A DNA stretch of 64,000 bases from Mobula hypostoma (lineage: Eukaryota): NCBI RefSeq assembly GCF_963921235.1, contig NC_086112.1:62992001-63056000 (forward strand), read 5' to 3'. The translations under genes and the position numbers were made by a program. Below the pieces are notes generated by a model, which did not search any database, was not told where the DNA came from, and saw nothing but the letters and a program-made list of their open reading frames with translations. Below, piece by piece: positions 1-11,207 of the stretch (position 1 is the first letter of the stretch; each line of letters starts with the position of its first letter).

Positions 1-440
1 TGCTGGTGATTCCATGCAAGAGTTAAATAGTAATAGAGGACAAGGATTCTGAGAATTCCAAGTGAAAGCAGGCATTGGGTTTAGGAGGGCGATAAACGAT
101 AACACAGAGGACAGGACCCATAACAAAAGTTTTATACGTATGTACCTCAAAATTTGAAAACTGGTTGACAGACAGTAGATTGCACTTGAAATGCTTTCTT
201 GAGACAGTCACAAGCCCGCCAGTCAGCCACTGGGCCCTGGTATGCTGAAACTATCATAGCCAGGGGGCCACAGTTCAAATAACTGGCTGTATTTGCTTGG
301 CTTTAACCAAGTCTCAATTAAGAACATAAAATCAAGGTCTGCAGAGGTAATAAGATCATTTAAGATAAAGGTCTTATTTGAAAGGGATCTTATATTTAGA
401 TGAGCTAGTTTAAACAGAGTAGCCTGGAGTGATGCAACAG
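1..440 (-). mobile_element. L2-clade LINE ORF2 fragment, apurinic endonuclease domain (degenerate; runs off window start)
   Basis: The minus strand translates to KLAHLNIRSLSNKTFILNDLITSADLDFMFLIETWL...VIVYRPPKPNACFHLEFSE. These are the NxRS, ETWL and YRPP motifs of L2-type APE domains. Stop codons are present. Confidence 0.8.
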
Positions 441-674
441 GAGAGTTATTTTAAGATTTTATATTTTAAGAGTAGAAGGTTATTTCTATTGACACCTTTT
501 ATAGGATAGTTTCATCTGAGGGCCCTTCCAGTGACAATGGTCTGAATCAGAAGGGTAACACTTATAGACTGTAAAATAGAGTTGAGAGGATAGGAGTCAT
601 GTCAGGTCTGATGGGGAAGCCATTGACAGAGGCAGAACATTGGAATGGCTGTGAAGAAGAGCTGGTGGAGAGTG

Positions 675-1112
675 AGATTCCAGATTCAAGAATACTTAAT
701 GTCATTTCCAGTACACAAGTGTAAAGGAGAATAAAATAATTGTTACTCTGGATCTGATGGAGCACAAAAAATACAATAAGATAAAGAGCACAATAATTTA
801 AAAAACACAATATATGCACAAGATAGCTGATGTACATTGCTTAATTATATGTCCATAAAGTGACAAAAAGCACAGGAGTGTCTGTACACAAGTTGATAAT
901 GTCGTGGTGTTGGAAGTTGTGAAGGGGTGGGTTTGTGGGTGGAAGTGCTGATCAGCCTTGCTGCTTAGGGAAAGTAAACATTTTGAGTCTGCTGGTCCTG
1001 GTGTGGATGTTACATAGCCTCCTCCCTAATGGAAGTAGGACAATTAGTCCACGAGCAGAGTGGGTATGATTATTCATGATGTTACCGGCCCTTTTCCTGG
1101 CACCTTTCTGTA
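675..1112 (-). mobile_element. Rex1/Babar-type LINE 3' fragment, interrupted by the Tc1 element (resumes about 5956-5985)
   Basis: It resembles the other Rex-like 3' ends in the window (12660, 27400, 47060). The sequence ...cacctttctgta continues as atgtccttgatggcgggtaggctg after the Tc1 right TIR. Confidence 0.6.
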
Positions 1113-1376
1113 TTAACACTACTGTGAAAAAGTCAAAGGCACCCTAGATTTTTATATAAATTTTGTTTTAGATGTTTAATTTTTGTCTTCTCAATTAGTA
1201 GCGTGTCCATAGAAAAAAGCGAATTTTAGATTTCCAAAACAACAATTTTCCAAAAAATTCAATGTTAGAGAAATTCTTGCATTTTCTTAAAGAAAGTAAC
1301 ATATTAAGTAATTGCAACATACATCAAAGTTGCTGGTGAACGCAGCAGGCAAAGCAGCATCTATAGGAAGAGGCGC

Positions 1377-1412
1377 AGTCGACGTTTCAGGCCGAGACCC
1401 TTCGTCAGGACT
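1377..1412 (-). ncRNA. Minimal hammerhead ribozyme (inverted arm copy)
   Basis: Exact reverse complement of 4181-4216. Confidence 0.85.
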
Positions 1413-1704
1413 AACTGAAGGAAGAGTGAGTAAGGGATTTGAAAGCTGGAGGGGGAGGGGGAGATGCAAAATGATAGGAGAAGACAGGAGGGGGAGGGAT
1501 AGAGCCGAGAGCTGGACAGGTGATAGGCAAAAGGGGATACGAGAGGATCATGGGACAGGAGGCCTAGGGAGAAAGACGGGGGGGGGGTGACCCAGAGGAT
1601 GGGCAAGAGGTATATTCAGAGGGACAGAGGGAGAAAAAGGAGAGTGAGAGAAAGAATGTGTGCATAAAAATAGTAACAGCTGGGGTACGAGGGGGAGGTG
1701 GGGC

Positions 1705-2748
1705 CTAGCGGAAGTTAGAGAAGTCAATGTTCATGCCATCAGGTTGGAGGCTACCCAGACGGAATATAAGGTGTTGTTCCTCCAACCTGAGTGTGGCTTC
1801 ATCTTTACAGTAGAGGAGGCCGTGGATAGACATGTCAGAATGGGAATGGAATGTGGAATTAAAATGTGTGGCCACTGGGAGATCCTGCTTTCTCTGGCGG
1901 ACAGAGCGTAGATGTTCAGCAAAACGGTCTCCAAGTCTGCGTCGGGTCTCACCAATATATAAAAGGCCACATCGGGAGCACCGGACGCAGTATATCACCC
2001 CAGTCGACTCACAGGTGAAGTGATGCCTCACCTGGAAGGACTGTTTGGGGCCCTGAATGGTGGTAAGGGAGGAAGTGTAAGGGCATGTGTAGCACTTGTT
2101 CTGCTTACACGGATAAGTGCCAGGAGGGAGATCAGTGGGGAGGGATGGGGGGGACGAATGGACAAGGGAGTTGCGTAGGGAGCGATCCCTGCGGAATGCA
2201 GGGGGGGGGGGCGGGAAAGATGTGCTTAGTGGTGGGATCCCGTTGGAGGTGGCGGAAGTTACGGAGAATAATATGTTGGACCCGGAGGCTGGTGGGGTGG
2301 TAGGTGAGGACCAGGGGAACCCTATTCCTAGTGGGGTGGTGGGAGGATGGAGTGAGAGCAGATGTACATGAAATGGGGGAGATGCGTTTAAGAGCAGAGT
2401 TGATAGTGGAGGAAAGGAAGCCCCTTTCTTTAAAAAATGAAGACATCTCCCTCGTCCTAGAATGAAAAGCCTCATCCTGAGAGCAGATGCGGTGGAGATG
2501 GAGGAATTGCGAGAAGGGGATGGCGTTTTTGCAAGAGACAGGGTGAGAAGAGGAATAGTCCAGATAGCTGTGAGAGTCAGTAGGCTTATAGTAGACATCA
2601 GTGGATAAGCTGTCTCCAGAGACAGAGACAGAAAGATCTAGAAAGGGGAGGGAGGTGTCGGAAATGGACCAGGTAAACTTGAGGGCAGGGTGAAAGTTGG
2701 AGGCAAAGTTAATAAAGTCAACGAGTTCTGCATGCGTGCAGGAAGCAG
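1705..2748 (-). pseudogene. Inverted second copy of the Penelope ORF (thumb, linker, GIY-YIG), frameshifted
   Basis: It encodes the same protein as the + arm, split across two frames at the G-tract near 2200-2215. Confidence 0.9.
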
Positions 2749-2772
2749 GGGACAAAGGTGAGGCCTATTCCT

Positions 2773-3885
2773 ATGTTCCGTGCCTATTCTGGTATCTGTC
2801 CCCCACTTTTCCTTCGCTACATCGACGACTGCATTGGCGCTGCTTCCTGCACGCATGCAGAACTCGTTGACTTTATTAACTTTGCCTCCAACTTTCACCC
2901 TGCCCTCAAGTTTACCTGGTCCATTTCCGACACCTCCCTCCCCTTTCTAGCTCTTTCTGTCTCTGTCTCTGGAGACAGCTTATCCACTGATGTCTACTAT
3001 AAGCCTACTGACTCTCACAGCTATCTGGACTATTCCTCTTCTCACCCTGTCTCTTGCAAAAACGCCATCCCCTTCTCGCAATTCCTCCGTCTCCGCCACA
3101 TCTGCTCTCAGGATGAGGCTTTTCATTCTAGGACAAGGGAGATGTCTTCATTTTTTAAAGAAAGGGGCTTCCCTTCCTCCATTATCAACTCTGCTCTTAA
3201 ACACATCTCCCCCATTTCACGTACATCTGCTCTCACTCCATCCTCCCACCACCCCACTAGGAATAGGGTTCCCCTGGTCCTCACCTACCACCCCACCAGC
3301 CTCCGGGTCCAACATATTATTCTCCGTAACTTCCGCCACCTCCAACGGGATCCCACCACTAAGCACATCTTTCCCTCCCCACCTCTCTCTGCATTCCGCA
3401 GGGATCGCTCCCTACACAACTCCCTTGTTCATTCATCCCCCCCATCCCTCCCCACTGATCTCCCTCCTGGCACTTATCCGTGTAAGCAGAACAAGTGCTA
3501 CACATGCCCTTACACTTCCTCCCTTACCACCATTCAGGGCCCCAAACAGTCCTTCCAGGTGAGGCATCACTTCACCTGTGAGTCGACTGGGGTGATATAC
3601 TGCGTCCGGTGCTCCCCATGTGGCCTTTTATATATTGGTGAGACCCGACGCAGACTGGGAGACCGCTTTGCTGAACATCTACGCTCTGTCCGCCAGAGAA
3701 AGCAGGATCTCCCAGTGGCCACACATTTTAATTCCACATCCCATTCCCATTCTGACATGTCTATCCACGGCCTCCTCTACTGTAAAGATGAAGCCACACT
3801 CAGGTTGGAGGAACAACACCTTATATTCCGTCTGGGTAGCCTCCAACCTGATGGCATGAACATTGACTTCTCTAACTTCCGCTAA
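2773..3885 (+). CDS. 5'-truncated Penelope-like ORF: RT C-terminus (YIDD), thumb, Cys-rich linker, GIY-YIG endonuclease; stop-free
   Basis: Motifs are FLRYIDDCIG, LPFLxLSV, YYKPTDSHSYL, CKQNKCYTCP and VIYCVRCSPCGLLYIGETRRRLGDRFAEH...EQHLI...GMN. The RT N-terminal half is missing, so it is not autonomous. Confidence 0.9.
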   Translation: MFRAYSGICPPLFLRYIDDCIGAASCTHAELVDFINFASNFHPALKFTWSISDTSLPFLALSVSVSGDSLSTDVYYKPTDSHSYLDYSSSHPVSCKNAIPFSQFLRLRHICSQDEAFHSRTREMSSFFKERGFPSSIINSALKHISPISRTSALTPSSHHPTRNRVPLVLTYHPTSLRVQHIILRNFRHLQRDPTTKHIFPSPPLSAFRRDRSLHNSLVHSSPPSLPTDLPPGTYPCKQNKCYTCPYTSSLTTIQGPKQSFQVRHHFTCESTGVIYCVRCSPCGLLYIGETRRRLGDRFAEHLRSVRQRKQDLPVATHFNSTSHSHSDMSIHGLLYCKDEATLRLEEQHLIFRLGSLQPDGMNIDFSNFR

Positions 3886-4180
3886 GGCCCCACCTCCCCC
3901 TCGTACCCCATCTGTTACTCATTTTTATGCACACATTCTTTCTCTCACTCTCCTTTTTCTCCCTCTGTCCCTCTGAATATACCACTTGCCCATCCTCTGG
4001 GTCACCCCCCCCCTTGTCTTTCTTCCCGGACCTCCTGTCCCATGATCCTCTCGTATCCCCTTTTGCCTATCACCTGTCCAGCTCTCGGCTCTATCCCTCC
4101 CCCTCCTGTCTTCTCCTATCATTTTGCAGCTCCCCCTCCCCCTCCAGCTTTCAAATCCCTTACTCACTCTTCCTTCAGTT

Positions 4181-4216
4181 AGTCCTGACGAAGGGTCTCG
4201 GCCTGAAACGTCGACT
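4181..4216 (+). ncRNA. Minimal type I hammerhead ribozyme in Penelope pLTR
   Basis: Sequence is agtc-CTGACGA-agggtctcggcct-GAAA-cg-TC-gact: helix I agtc/gact, intact core, GUC site (cut after 4212), and a loop-less palindromic helix III (ACGU). This matches the minimal HHRs described for PLEs. Confidence 0.85.
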
Positions 4217-4558
4217 GCGCCTCTTCCTATAGATGCTGCTTGGCCTGCTGCGTTCACCAGCAACTTTGATGTATGTGGCTTGAATTCCAGCATCTGCAGA
4301 ATTCCTGTTGTTTGATATTAAGTAATTGACCACTTTTCAAATAAAAACAGTTACTTTGTAGGTATATAACTCATTGCATGATTAAACAAAGATAACAAAC
4401 AGGTGCTAATGATCAATGACATAACAAGCTGAATTAACTAAGCTGATTAACTGAAACAGAAACAGGTGTAGTGGAATCCAACTGGGTGAAGAACAACCAA
4501 ACTGAAAGCCGAGGATGTGGCACATGTGGCATACCTTCAAATCATCAATTCTTACACC

Positions 4559-5567
4559 ATGGTAACAGTGAGCATTGCAACAGGACACAAGGTGGTCATT
4601 CTGCATCAGCAACGTCTCTCCCAAGCAGAAATTTTGCAGCAGACATGAATTCAAGAGGTGCTGTCCAAGCTCTTCTGAAGAAGCACAAAGAAACGGGCAT
4701 GGTTGCAGACCAGAAACACAGTGGGTCGTCATGGAAAATGAGTGCAACAGACGACAGAGACATGAGACCAACATCCCTCCTAAATTGAAAATAGTACAGC
4801 CCTGTTATCAGCTCTGAACTCACAGAAGCCACTGGAACCCAAGTACACCCCTCTATAGTCTGAGAAGTTTTGCCAGAAGTGGTCTTCATGAAAGAGTTGC
4901 TGCCAAAAAGCCATTCTTCCACACAAAGCCAAGAGACTCACCCCTGCACGAAAACACAAGGACAGAACAATGGCAACAAACGCTCTGGACTGACAAATCA
5001 TAATTTGGAATTTATGGCTCAAACAGGAGGCAGTGTGTCCATAGAAAAGCTGGACAGTGCTACATGGATGAGTGTTTGGAGTCAACAGTAAAGCATAGCA
5101 GGGGTTTCCTGCAGATTTGGGACTGCATTTCTGTAAATGAATTTGGTGATCTGGTCAGAATTAATGGAATCCTCAATGCTGAAAAGTACAAGCAGATTCA
5201 TATCCATCACACAATACCATCAGGAAAGTGTCTGATCAGTTCCAACTCCATTCTCTACCAGGACACTGACCTCAAACACACAGCCAAAGTCATAAAGAAC
5301 TATCTTCAGCTAAAAGATAAACAAGGAGTTCTGCAACAGATGGTACAGCCTCCCCAGAGTCTTTATTTCAACATCATCGAGGCTGTCTGAGATTACCTGG
5401 GGAGGTAGAAGCAACAGAGACAGCCAAAGCCCGCAGAAGAACTGTGGCAAGTTCTCCAAGACGCTTGGAACAACCTACTAGCTGATTTTCTTATAAAAGT
5501 GCACAACAGTGTACCTAAGAGAATTAATACAGCTTTAAAGGCAAAGGGCAGTCACACCAAATATAGA
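4559..5567 (+). pseudogene. Tc1 transposase pseudogene
   Basis: It has an HTH-like start (MVTVSIATGHKVVILHQQ) and a DDE region (TVKHSRGFLQIW...YQDTDLKHTAK...PPQSLYFNIIEAV*DYL). Frameshifts and stops are present. Confidence 0.85.
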
Positions 5568-5669
5568 TTTGATTTAGTTTTCGTAGTGTTTACTGCTCTT
5601 TATAAAATTTTTTTGATATTTAGAAACTTTTCATTTCATTACTTTTGAAAGCATCTTTACTTTACAGAA

Positions 5670-5903
5670 CAACACACATCGAAGTTGCTGGTGAACGCAG
5701 CAGGCCAGGCAGCATCTCTAGGAAGAGGTGCAGTCGACGTTTCAGGCCAAGACCCTCTCGGCCCGAAACATCAGGACGAAGGGTCTCAGCCCGGAACGTC
5801 AACTGTACCTCTTCCTAGAGATGCTGCCTGGCCTGCTGCGTTCACCAGCAACTTTGATGTGTGTTGCTTGAATTTCCAGCATCTGCAGAATTCCTCCTGT
5901 TTG
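5670..5903. mobile_element. Miniature palindromic Penelope pLTR insertion (MITE-like), 10-bp TSD
   Basis: The TSD ctttacagaa lies at 5660-5669 and 5904-5913. Inverted arms of about 87 bp are joined inside the hammerhead motif. Confidence 0.9.
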
Positions 5904-6214
5904 CTTTACAGAATTTTTTTTTTAAACATGTACCTAAGATTTTTGCATAGCACTGCATGTCCTTGATGGCGGGTAGGCTGTGCCAATGATGTGTTGAGTA
6001 GTTTTGACTTCCTGTTGTGGAGCCTTTCTGTCTGGAAAATGTTGTTAACTACACAACAGATCAGGACACGTTGTTCTAGTTTTCTGGAAGCTCTCAAATA
6101 GGGGAATAATTCATGTTACAATGTATGAAAACTTACTAAAAATGGAAATGTTGATTTTTATAAAATAAAAATGGCATAAAATAAGTTTTCTAGCAATACT
6201 TTAGGTTATTATTG

Positions 6215-7410
6215 AAACTATGCTTGGAGTACTATGTTCACCTTTGCTCTGCTAATTTAAGGCAGGATATATTCAGCTTTGAGGAAGCTCAGAAAAGGAT
6301 CATTAGATTGATTTAAGACCATAAAACATACAAGCAGAATTGGGTCATTCAGCCCATCGAGTCTGCTCCACCATTCCAGCCTTTTCCCCATAACCTTTGA
6401 CGCCCTTTAACCAAGAACCTATAAACTTCTGCTGTAAATACACCCAATAACTTGACCTCCACAACCATCTGTGGCAATGTATTCTACAGATTCACCGCCC
6501 TCTGGCTAAAGAAATTCCTCCTCATCTCCATTCTAAAGGGATGCCCTTGTACTCTGACGCTGTTCTCTCTGGTCCTAGACTCCCACACTATCAGAAACAC
6601 TCTCTCCACATCCACTCTATCTAGGACTTTCAAATTTCAATAGGTTTCAATTAGATCACTCAGATTATTCTAAACTCCAACAAGTACAAGGCCCAGAGCC
6701 ATCAAATGCCCCTCCTATATTAATCCTTTCATTCCCAGAATGAAGCTCATGAACCTCCTCTGAACCCTGTGGTATCTCTGCAGTGAAGGGATAGGTTGAG
6801 CAATTTGTGCCCATACTCATTCAAAATTTAGGAGATGAGATGAGATTATATTGCAATTTACAAGATTCAGAGAGACCTAATTTCTGGAAGTTTGGAGGAT
6901 CTTTCTATGATGGGGAATTAAGCAATTGGAGATAGATTTAGATTAAATGATTGCCCATTTAAAATGAAGATCAAAGGAAATGTCTTCCTTCAGATCACTC
7001 ATCTTCGGAATTCTCTGCACCAATGAGCTTCAACAACCCAATCAATGGATATTTTAGGATTTTTTTAGTCCAAATTGTATCAAGGGATATAAAGAACAAG
7101 AAGAAACTGTGGCCTAAACCAAGATGGAACCATAAAGAAAAAAAAGTCCCTTCAGGCCAATTTGACCATGCCAAACGAGACGGCTAACTGAACTAGTCCC
7201 ATTTGCCTATGCTTGGCCACATCCTTCAAAAGCTTTCCTATTTGTGTAACTATCCAAATGCCGCTAAGATGTCCTAATTGAACCTACCTCTTCCACTTGC
7301 AAATATTCACCACACTGTGTAGAAAATATTGCCCCTCTGGTCCTTTTTTAAATCTTTCTCCTCTTACTTTAATCCTATGCCCTCTAGTTTTGGCCTTTCC
7401 TACCCTATGA
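6215..7410. mobile_element. Cluster of CR1 LINE 3' fragments in both orientations
   Basis: A + strand LEYYVHL-type RT C-terminus is interrupted by a - strand CR1 3' end (6325-6770). Another - strand 3' end lies at 7130-7410. All resemble 38243-38893. Confidence 0.65.
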
Positions 7411-8127
7411 GAAAGTAATCATTGTAATTAATGACAGAGCAAGTTCAAGGGGCCATAATCATCTCACTTAATACTATTTCTTATAACCTTAAGAAATATA
7501 TTTGACATTTGGCTTCTTTAACCAACAAAAGTAGGAAGAAATTTTCATATGTCAGGCACCAAGCTGATATGTTAACGCTTTTATAATAAGCAAAGAATTA
7601 AAATTGAGCTCTACTTTATTAGTGCCCCTCCTAATCCACTACCTCCAGTGCTGTGCACAACAACAATTCACCAACCTTTTGAAAGATCATGGAATTGAGG
7701 GCTATGGGGAAATAACACAGAACAGATAGGGGTCTGTGGCAGACATGTCATGATTGTATTAAATGGTAAGACATGCTTAAAGGACACACCACCTCTAAAA
7801 CCCACAAGGTCAAAATCAGCAGGCAATGGGATAACAGCACTCACACATTCTCTTCCCGTAAACAAACCATTGTGACTTAACCCTTCAACACCTACCCCCC
7901 CCCCCACCACCACTTACTCATGACAAGCAAACTAAATTCATGGAACTCCAACAATTTAAAATTATAAAACACCACACCTAACAACACTGTTCAAGCAACG
8001 TACTGGTCCACCATCTCAAAGAGCAACTAGAGATGGCAATAAGTGTCAGCCTCATAAGAGCCATACGTAACCCTAAATGTTTATGTTTTATGTCACAATG
8101 ATCCAGAAAAACAATTAGTCCCAATTA

Positions 8128-8228
8128 GTCCTGACGAAGGGTCTTGGCCTGAAACGTCGACTGCACCTCTTCCTACAGATGCTGCTTGGCCTGCTGCGTT
8201 CACCAGCAACTTTGATGTGTGTTGCTTG
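8128..8228 (+). mobile_element. Single-arm Penelope pLTR fragment with intact hammerhead (8127-8162), 11-bp TSD
   Basis: The TSD agtcccaatta lies at 8117-8127 and 8229-8239. The ribozyme reads agtcCTGACGAagggtcttggcctGAAAcgTCgact. Confidence 0.9.
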
Positions 8229-8339
8229 AGTCCCAATTAATCTTTAGGTTTGTTTGTTTGCCTCAAAGGAATGAAAAGCACCAACTCTCTTTGGGAATCT
8301 TTATACTACATAATATGAATTTTTGGAGTAATAGAAGTA

Positions 8340-9076
8340 CAGGTCGACCTTCTATAATCAGGCACCATTGGGACCTGAGGAGTGCCAGATTAGTGAAAAT
8401 CCCGAATTACAGAAGGATCTCATTAAGCAATAGCTAACCGCCTCATCATACCTTTGAAATATCATGTAAATCAGTACAAGTTAGATAATAATGAAACAGA
8501 AATATTAAATGAGTAGCAAGTGAAATTTTAATAAAGTAATATTCTGTACAGGCACAGATAAAATAAAGGGTACAGGTAAATGTTTAGGAATTAACTTCCC
8601 TCTTCACTCACAGTTACTGAGGGAATCCTTATTGGTTTCTTTTCCTCCGCTTAGTAATATGCGTAAATTCAGCGGGTCGCCACATCTGATCTGAGGTCGT
8701 AGTCAGAAGAGAACGGAGCACAGGCCGGGCGACGCTGGAGTGCAGTGTGCAACTGCCGGCAGGCGGGTGAGAAGGTGGACTGGCACAGCATGCGCCAGCG
8801 CCCCCACCGCTGGCAGGTGAGACTGGTGGGTGCTGGGCAGCCGCGCCTCACACAAATGATATTAATAAATGCAGGAAAACAAGCAGGAATCGCCTGTCTG
8901 TGCTTACAAGAGCATGCCAACACGTGAACAGATCTAGCGCAACCAAAACAATGTGCAGCAGACTGGTACAGTGGCGGGGGAAATTTGAAATTACAGTTGC
9001 ACGGAAAATTTGAAACCAGTGCCAGATTACCGAAGGAACCAGATTACAGGTAGTAGGATTAGTGAAGGTCGACCTG
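8340..9076. mobile_element. Non-autonomous Tc1/pogo (Tigger-like) DNA transposon
   Basis: TIRs caggtcgaccttc.../...gaaggtcgacctg are flanked by TA on both sides. No transposase ORF is present. Confidence 0.85.
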
Positions 9077-10582
9077 TATAAATGAAATAGAAACCTGAAG
9101 CTTGACAAATGAGATCACGTACAACGCCCCCCCCCCCATACATGTTCAGAGTACTGAGATATTCTATACCATTACAGTAGGATCCTATGATCATCTGCAA
9201 GCATTCACTGGAATTCTTCAGAGTAACAGGTGCAAACCAGGTGGCTACTTCATGTGTGTGGATTTAGGGCCGTGCAGGTTTAAGATAACTGATGTATATT
9301 GTGCACATTACTTTACTATCATCAGCCATATAACTGTTTCTCTGCATCCATTCCAGGTTACTTAACAGAAGGTCCACATGAGTCTAACAGAAAGCCTACA
9401 GTTAGTTCACTTCAAATGGCATCTTTTTTAAAGTATCAGCCCAGGATTTCAATTTCAGCTTTCTGATCTACAGAGGAAAATTGAGAGGTGCATTGTTTCA
9501 AAAATGCCGATGTATTAAACGCAGATCCTTACTTAGCCCAAGGCCAGTAACTGCCATATAAGCCCCTCATCAGAACACACAGATGTGAATTTCACATTAC
9601 CACTGGCACTTCATACACCGAAAAGAGCTGTACGAGGGAAAAGCCAATCCAATTTGTTCTAATGGAGAATAACTAGAATTGTCTGCACAATCTCACAAAT
9701 TAGTAAACTCCAAGTCAAAGAGCATATTATGGATTAAGGCCATTTCCCCTAAAGCAAATACTTTGTACTATTTTCTGACTAAATTAACTTGCTTGCATTG
9801 AAATTGTGAAGCTGCTTAACACAAGTACAGTATCTAAAAGATACAATGTTTGTGTCATGAGGTCAAAACAGTAGTAGTCAATAGTATCGTTTTGTGAAAA
9901 ACAGCAAAACTTTTTTAAATTTACGCTCCCTTTTTACACTACAAACAAAATTGCCAAAATGTAGAACACATTTGAAAAGCATATTCGAGTGGAATCTAAC
10001 TACCTCTCACTAATTCTGCAAAAAGGTTTCCAAGTTGGGGACTCCTGTTATGTTAGATCCATGTAGAATTGCATTTTTGTGACAGGCATTTAACATTTAA
10101 CTGAAGTTCAATGTGAAATCTGCTAAATTGCAGGAGTTAGAGGAAACCCCCAATTACCCTGGAAAAGATTTAGTTTGAAGCATAATTAATAGGAAAATGC
10201 AAAAGCCACTGTGCGCGACCAGCTCTGTCTTAATTAGGTCCACATTCAGCACCTGGTCTGCTTTGCTTTAATTAGACTCTTTTCTTAAATGCTTCTACTT
10301 CCAAAGTAGAATGCCACAAATAAAAGAACAGTTTCTGTTCTTTTAATAGCATAATTTTCACACAGCCAGTTAGACCTGGTTTTGTCTCAATGGAGGAACA
10401 AAAGGTTATTAAACATAAAATTTTAGTTGTTTTATAAGCTCCAAATATGACATGAGCCTTTCATTTGAAATAATAAATTTTCACATTGCTATGGTAGAAG
10501 AGCAAGAGTGTAAACAGTGTTACAATAAATCACAAAGAACTAGAACCACCAGGACAAGAAACAATAAAATTCTGGTTTTATA

Positions 10583-10585
<3 letters not shown>

Positions 10586-10633
<48 letters not shown>
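10586..10633. repeat. Compound (TA)n(CA)n microsatellite
   Basis: Seen directly. Confidence 0.95.
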
Positions 10634-11207
10634 GTGACAATTTTCATCTTCCATAAAAGCAACTTATGTCCATCAAGTTTGTAAGATATCATATTCATGC
10701 ATATGAAAGATAATAAATGGTTTCTTCACATGCAAACAATAAGAAAAGCTATACATTTCAAGAGGGAAAAAACTAACTATTTAAATATTTATGTATTATT
10801 ATCATATCTCATTGTAGGAGTGTACATCACATAGATGAATTATACTGTAATCATCATGGACAATGGCACTTCCAGAAACTACTGCTAAATTAAAAATGTT
10901 TTCTAAACTTTGTAGTTGACACAAGAAGGTACTCCACATCACAGAAACCAAGCAATTCCCGGAAACTAAAATATTGTATTATAACAGCCTTCTGGAACAA
11001 GGCACCACTTACTTCTGAAACACACTGTCACAACAGAAGAATGCAGAAACATCAACAAAGCATGATTAAATCTAATTAGTGTAATCATGCCATCGCACCC
11101 AAATTGCCACAAGGCTTCATAACTTTCTTTCAGAGATTTGTGCACTGAAAAACTCTACAACTCTATAACTATTGCACTTAGACAAGGTTATAACAAATGT
11201 CTAATCA

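Larger units (their letters stand above)
1315..4314. mobile_element. Penelope-like (Neptune-type) retroelement inserted as a head-to-head palindrome, 14-bp TSD
   Basis: 1315-2748 is the reverse complement of 2840-4278. The TSD atattaagtaattg lies at 1301-1314 and 4315-4328. Confidence 0.95.
1117..5955 (+). mobile_element. Tc1/mariner DNA transposon (degenerate), host of two Penelope insertions
   Basis: Imperfect TIRs are cactactgtgaaaaagtcaaaggcac (1117) and tacctaagatttttgcatagcactg (ending 5955). Transposase remnants lie between them. Confidence 0.85.

Noticed and set aside
1315-4314. Assembly fold-back artefact
   Set aside because: The arms differ by many substitutions and an indel, the ends are asymmetric, one 14-bp TSD flanks the unit, and two other inserts share the architecture.
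1312-4315. Many overlapping 60-200 aa ORFs in alternative frames
   Set aside because: They are shadow frames of the Penelope ORF and its purine/pyrimidine-skewed UTR, duplicated by the palindrome.
5670-5903. DNA-transposon MITE
   Set aside because: The inverted arms are Penelope pLTR sequence, the ends are asymmetric, and the variable 10-14 bp TSDs in this family fit retrotransposition.
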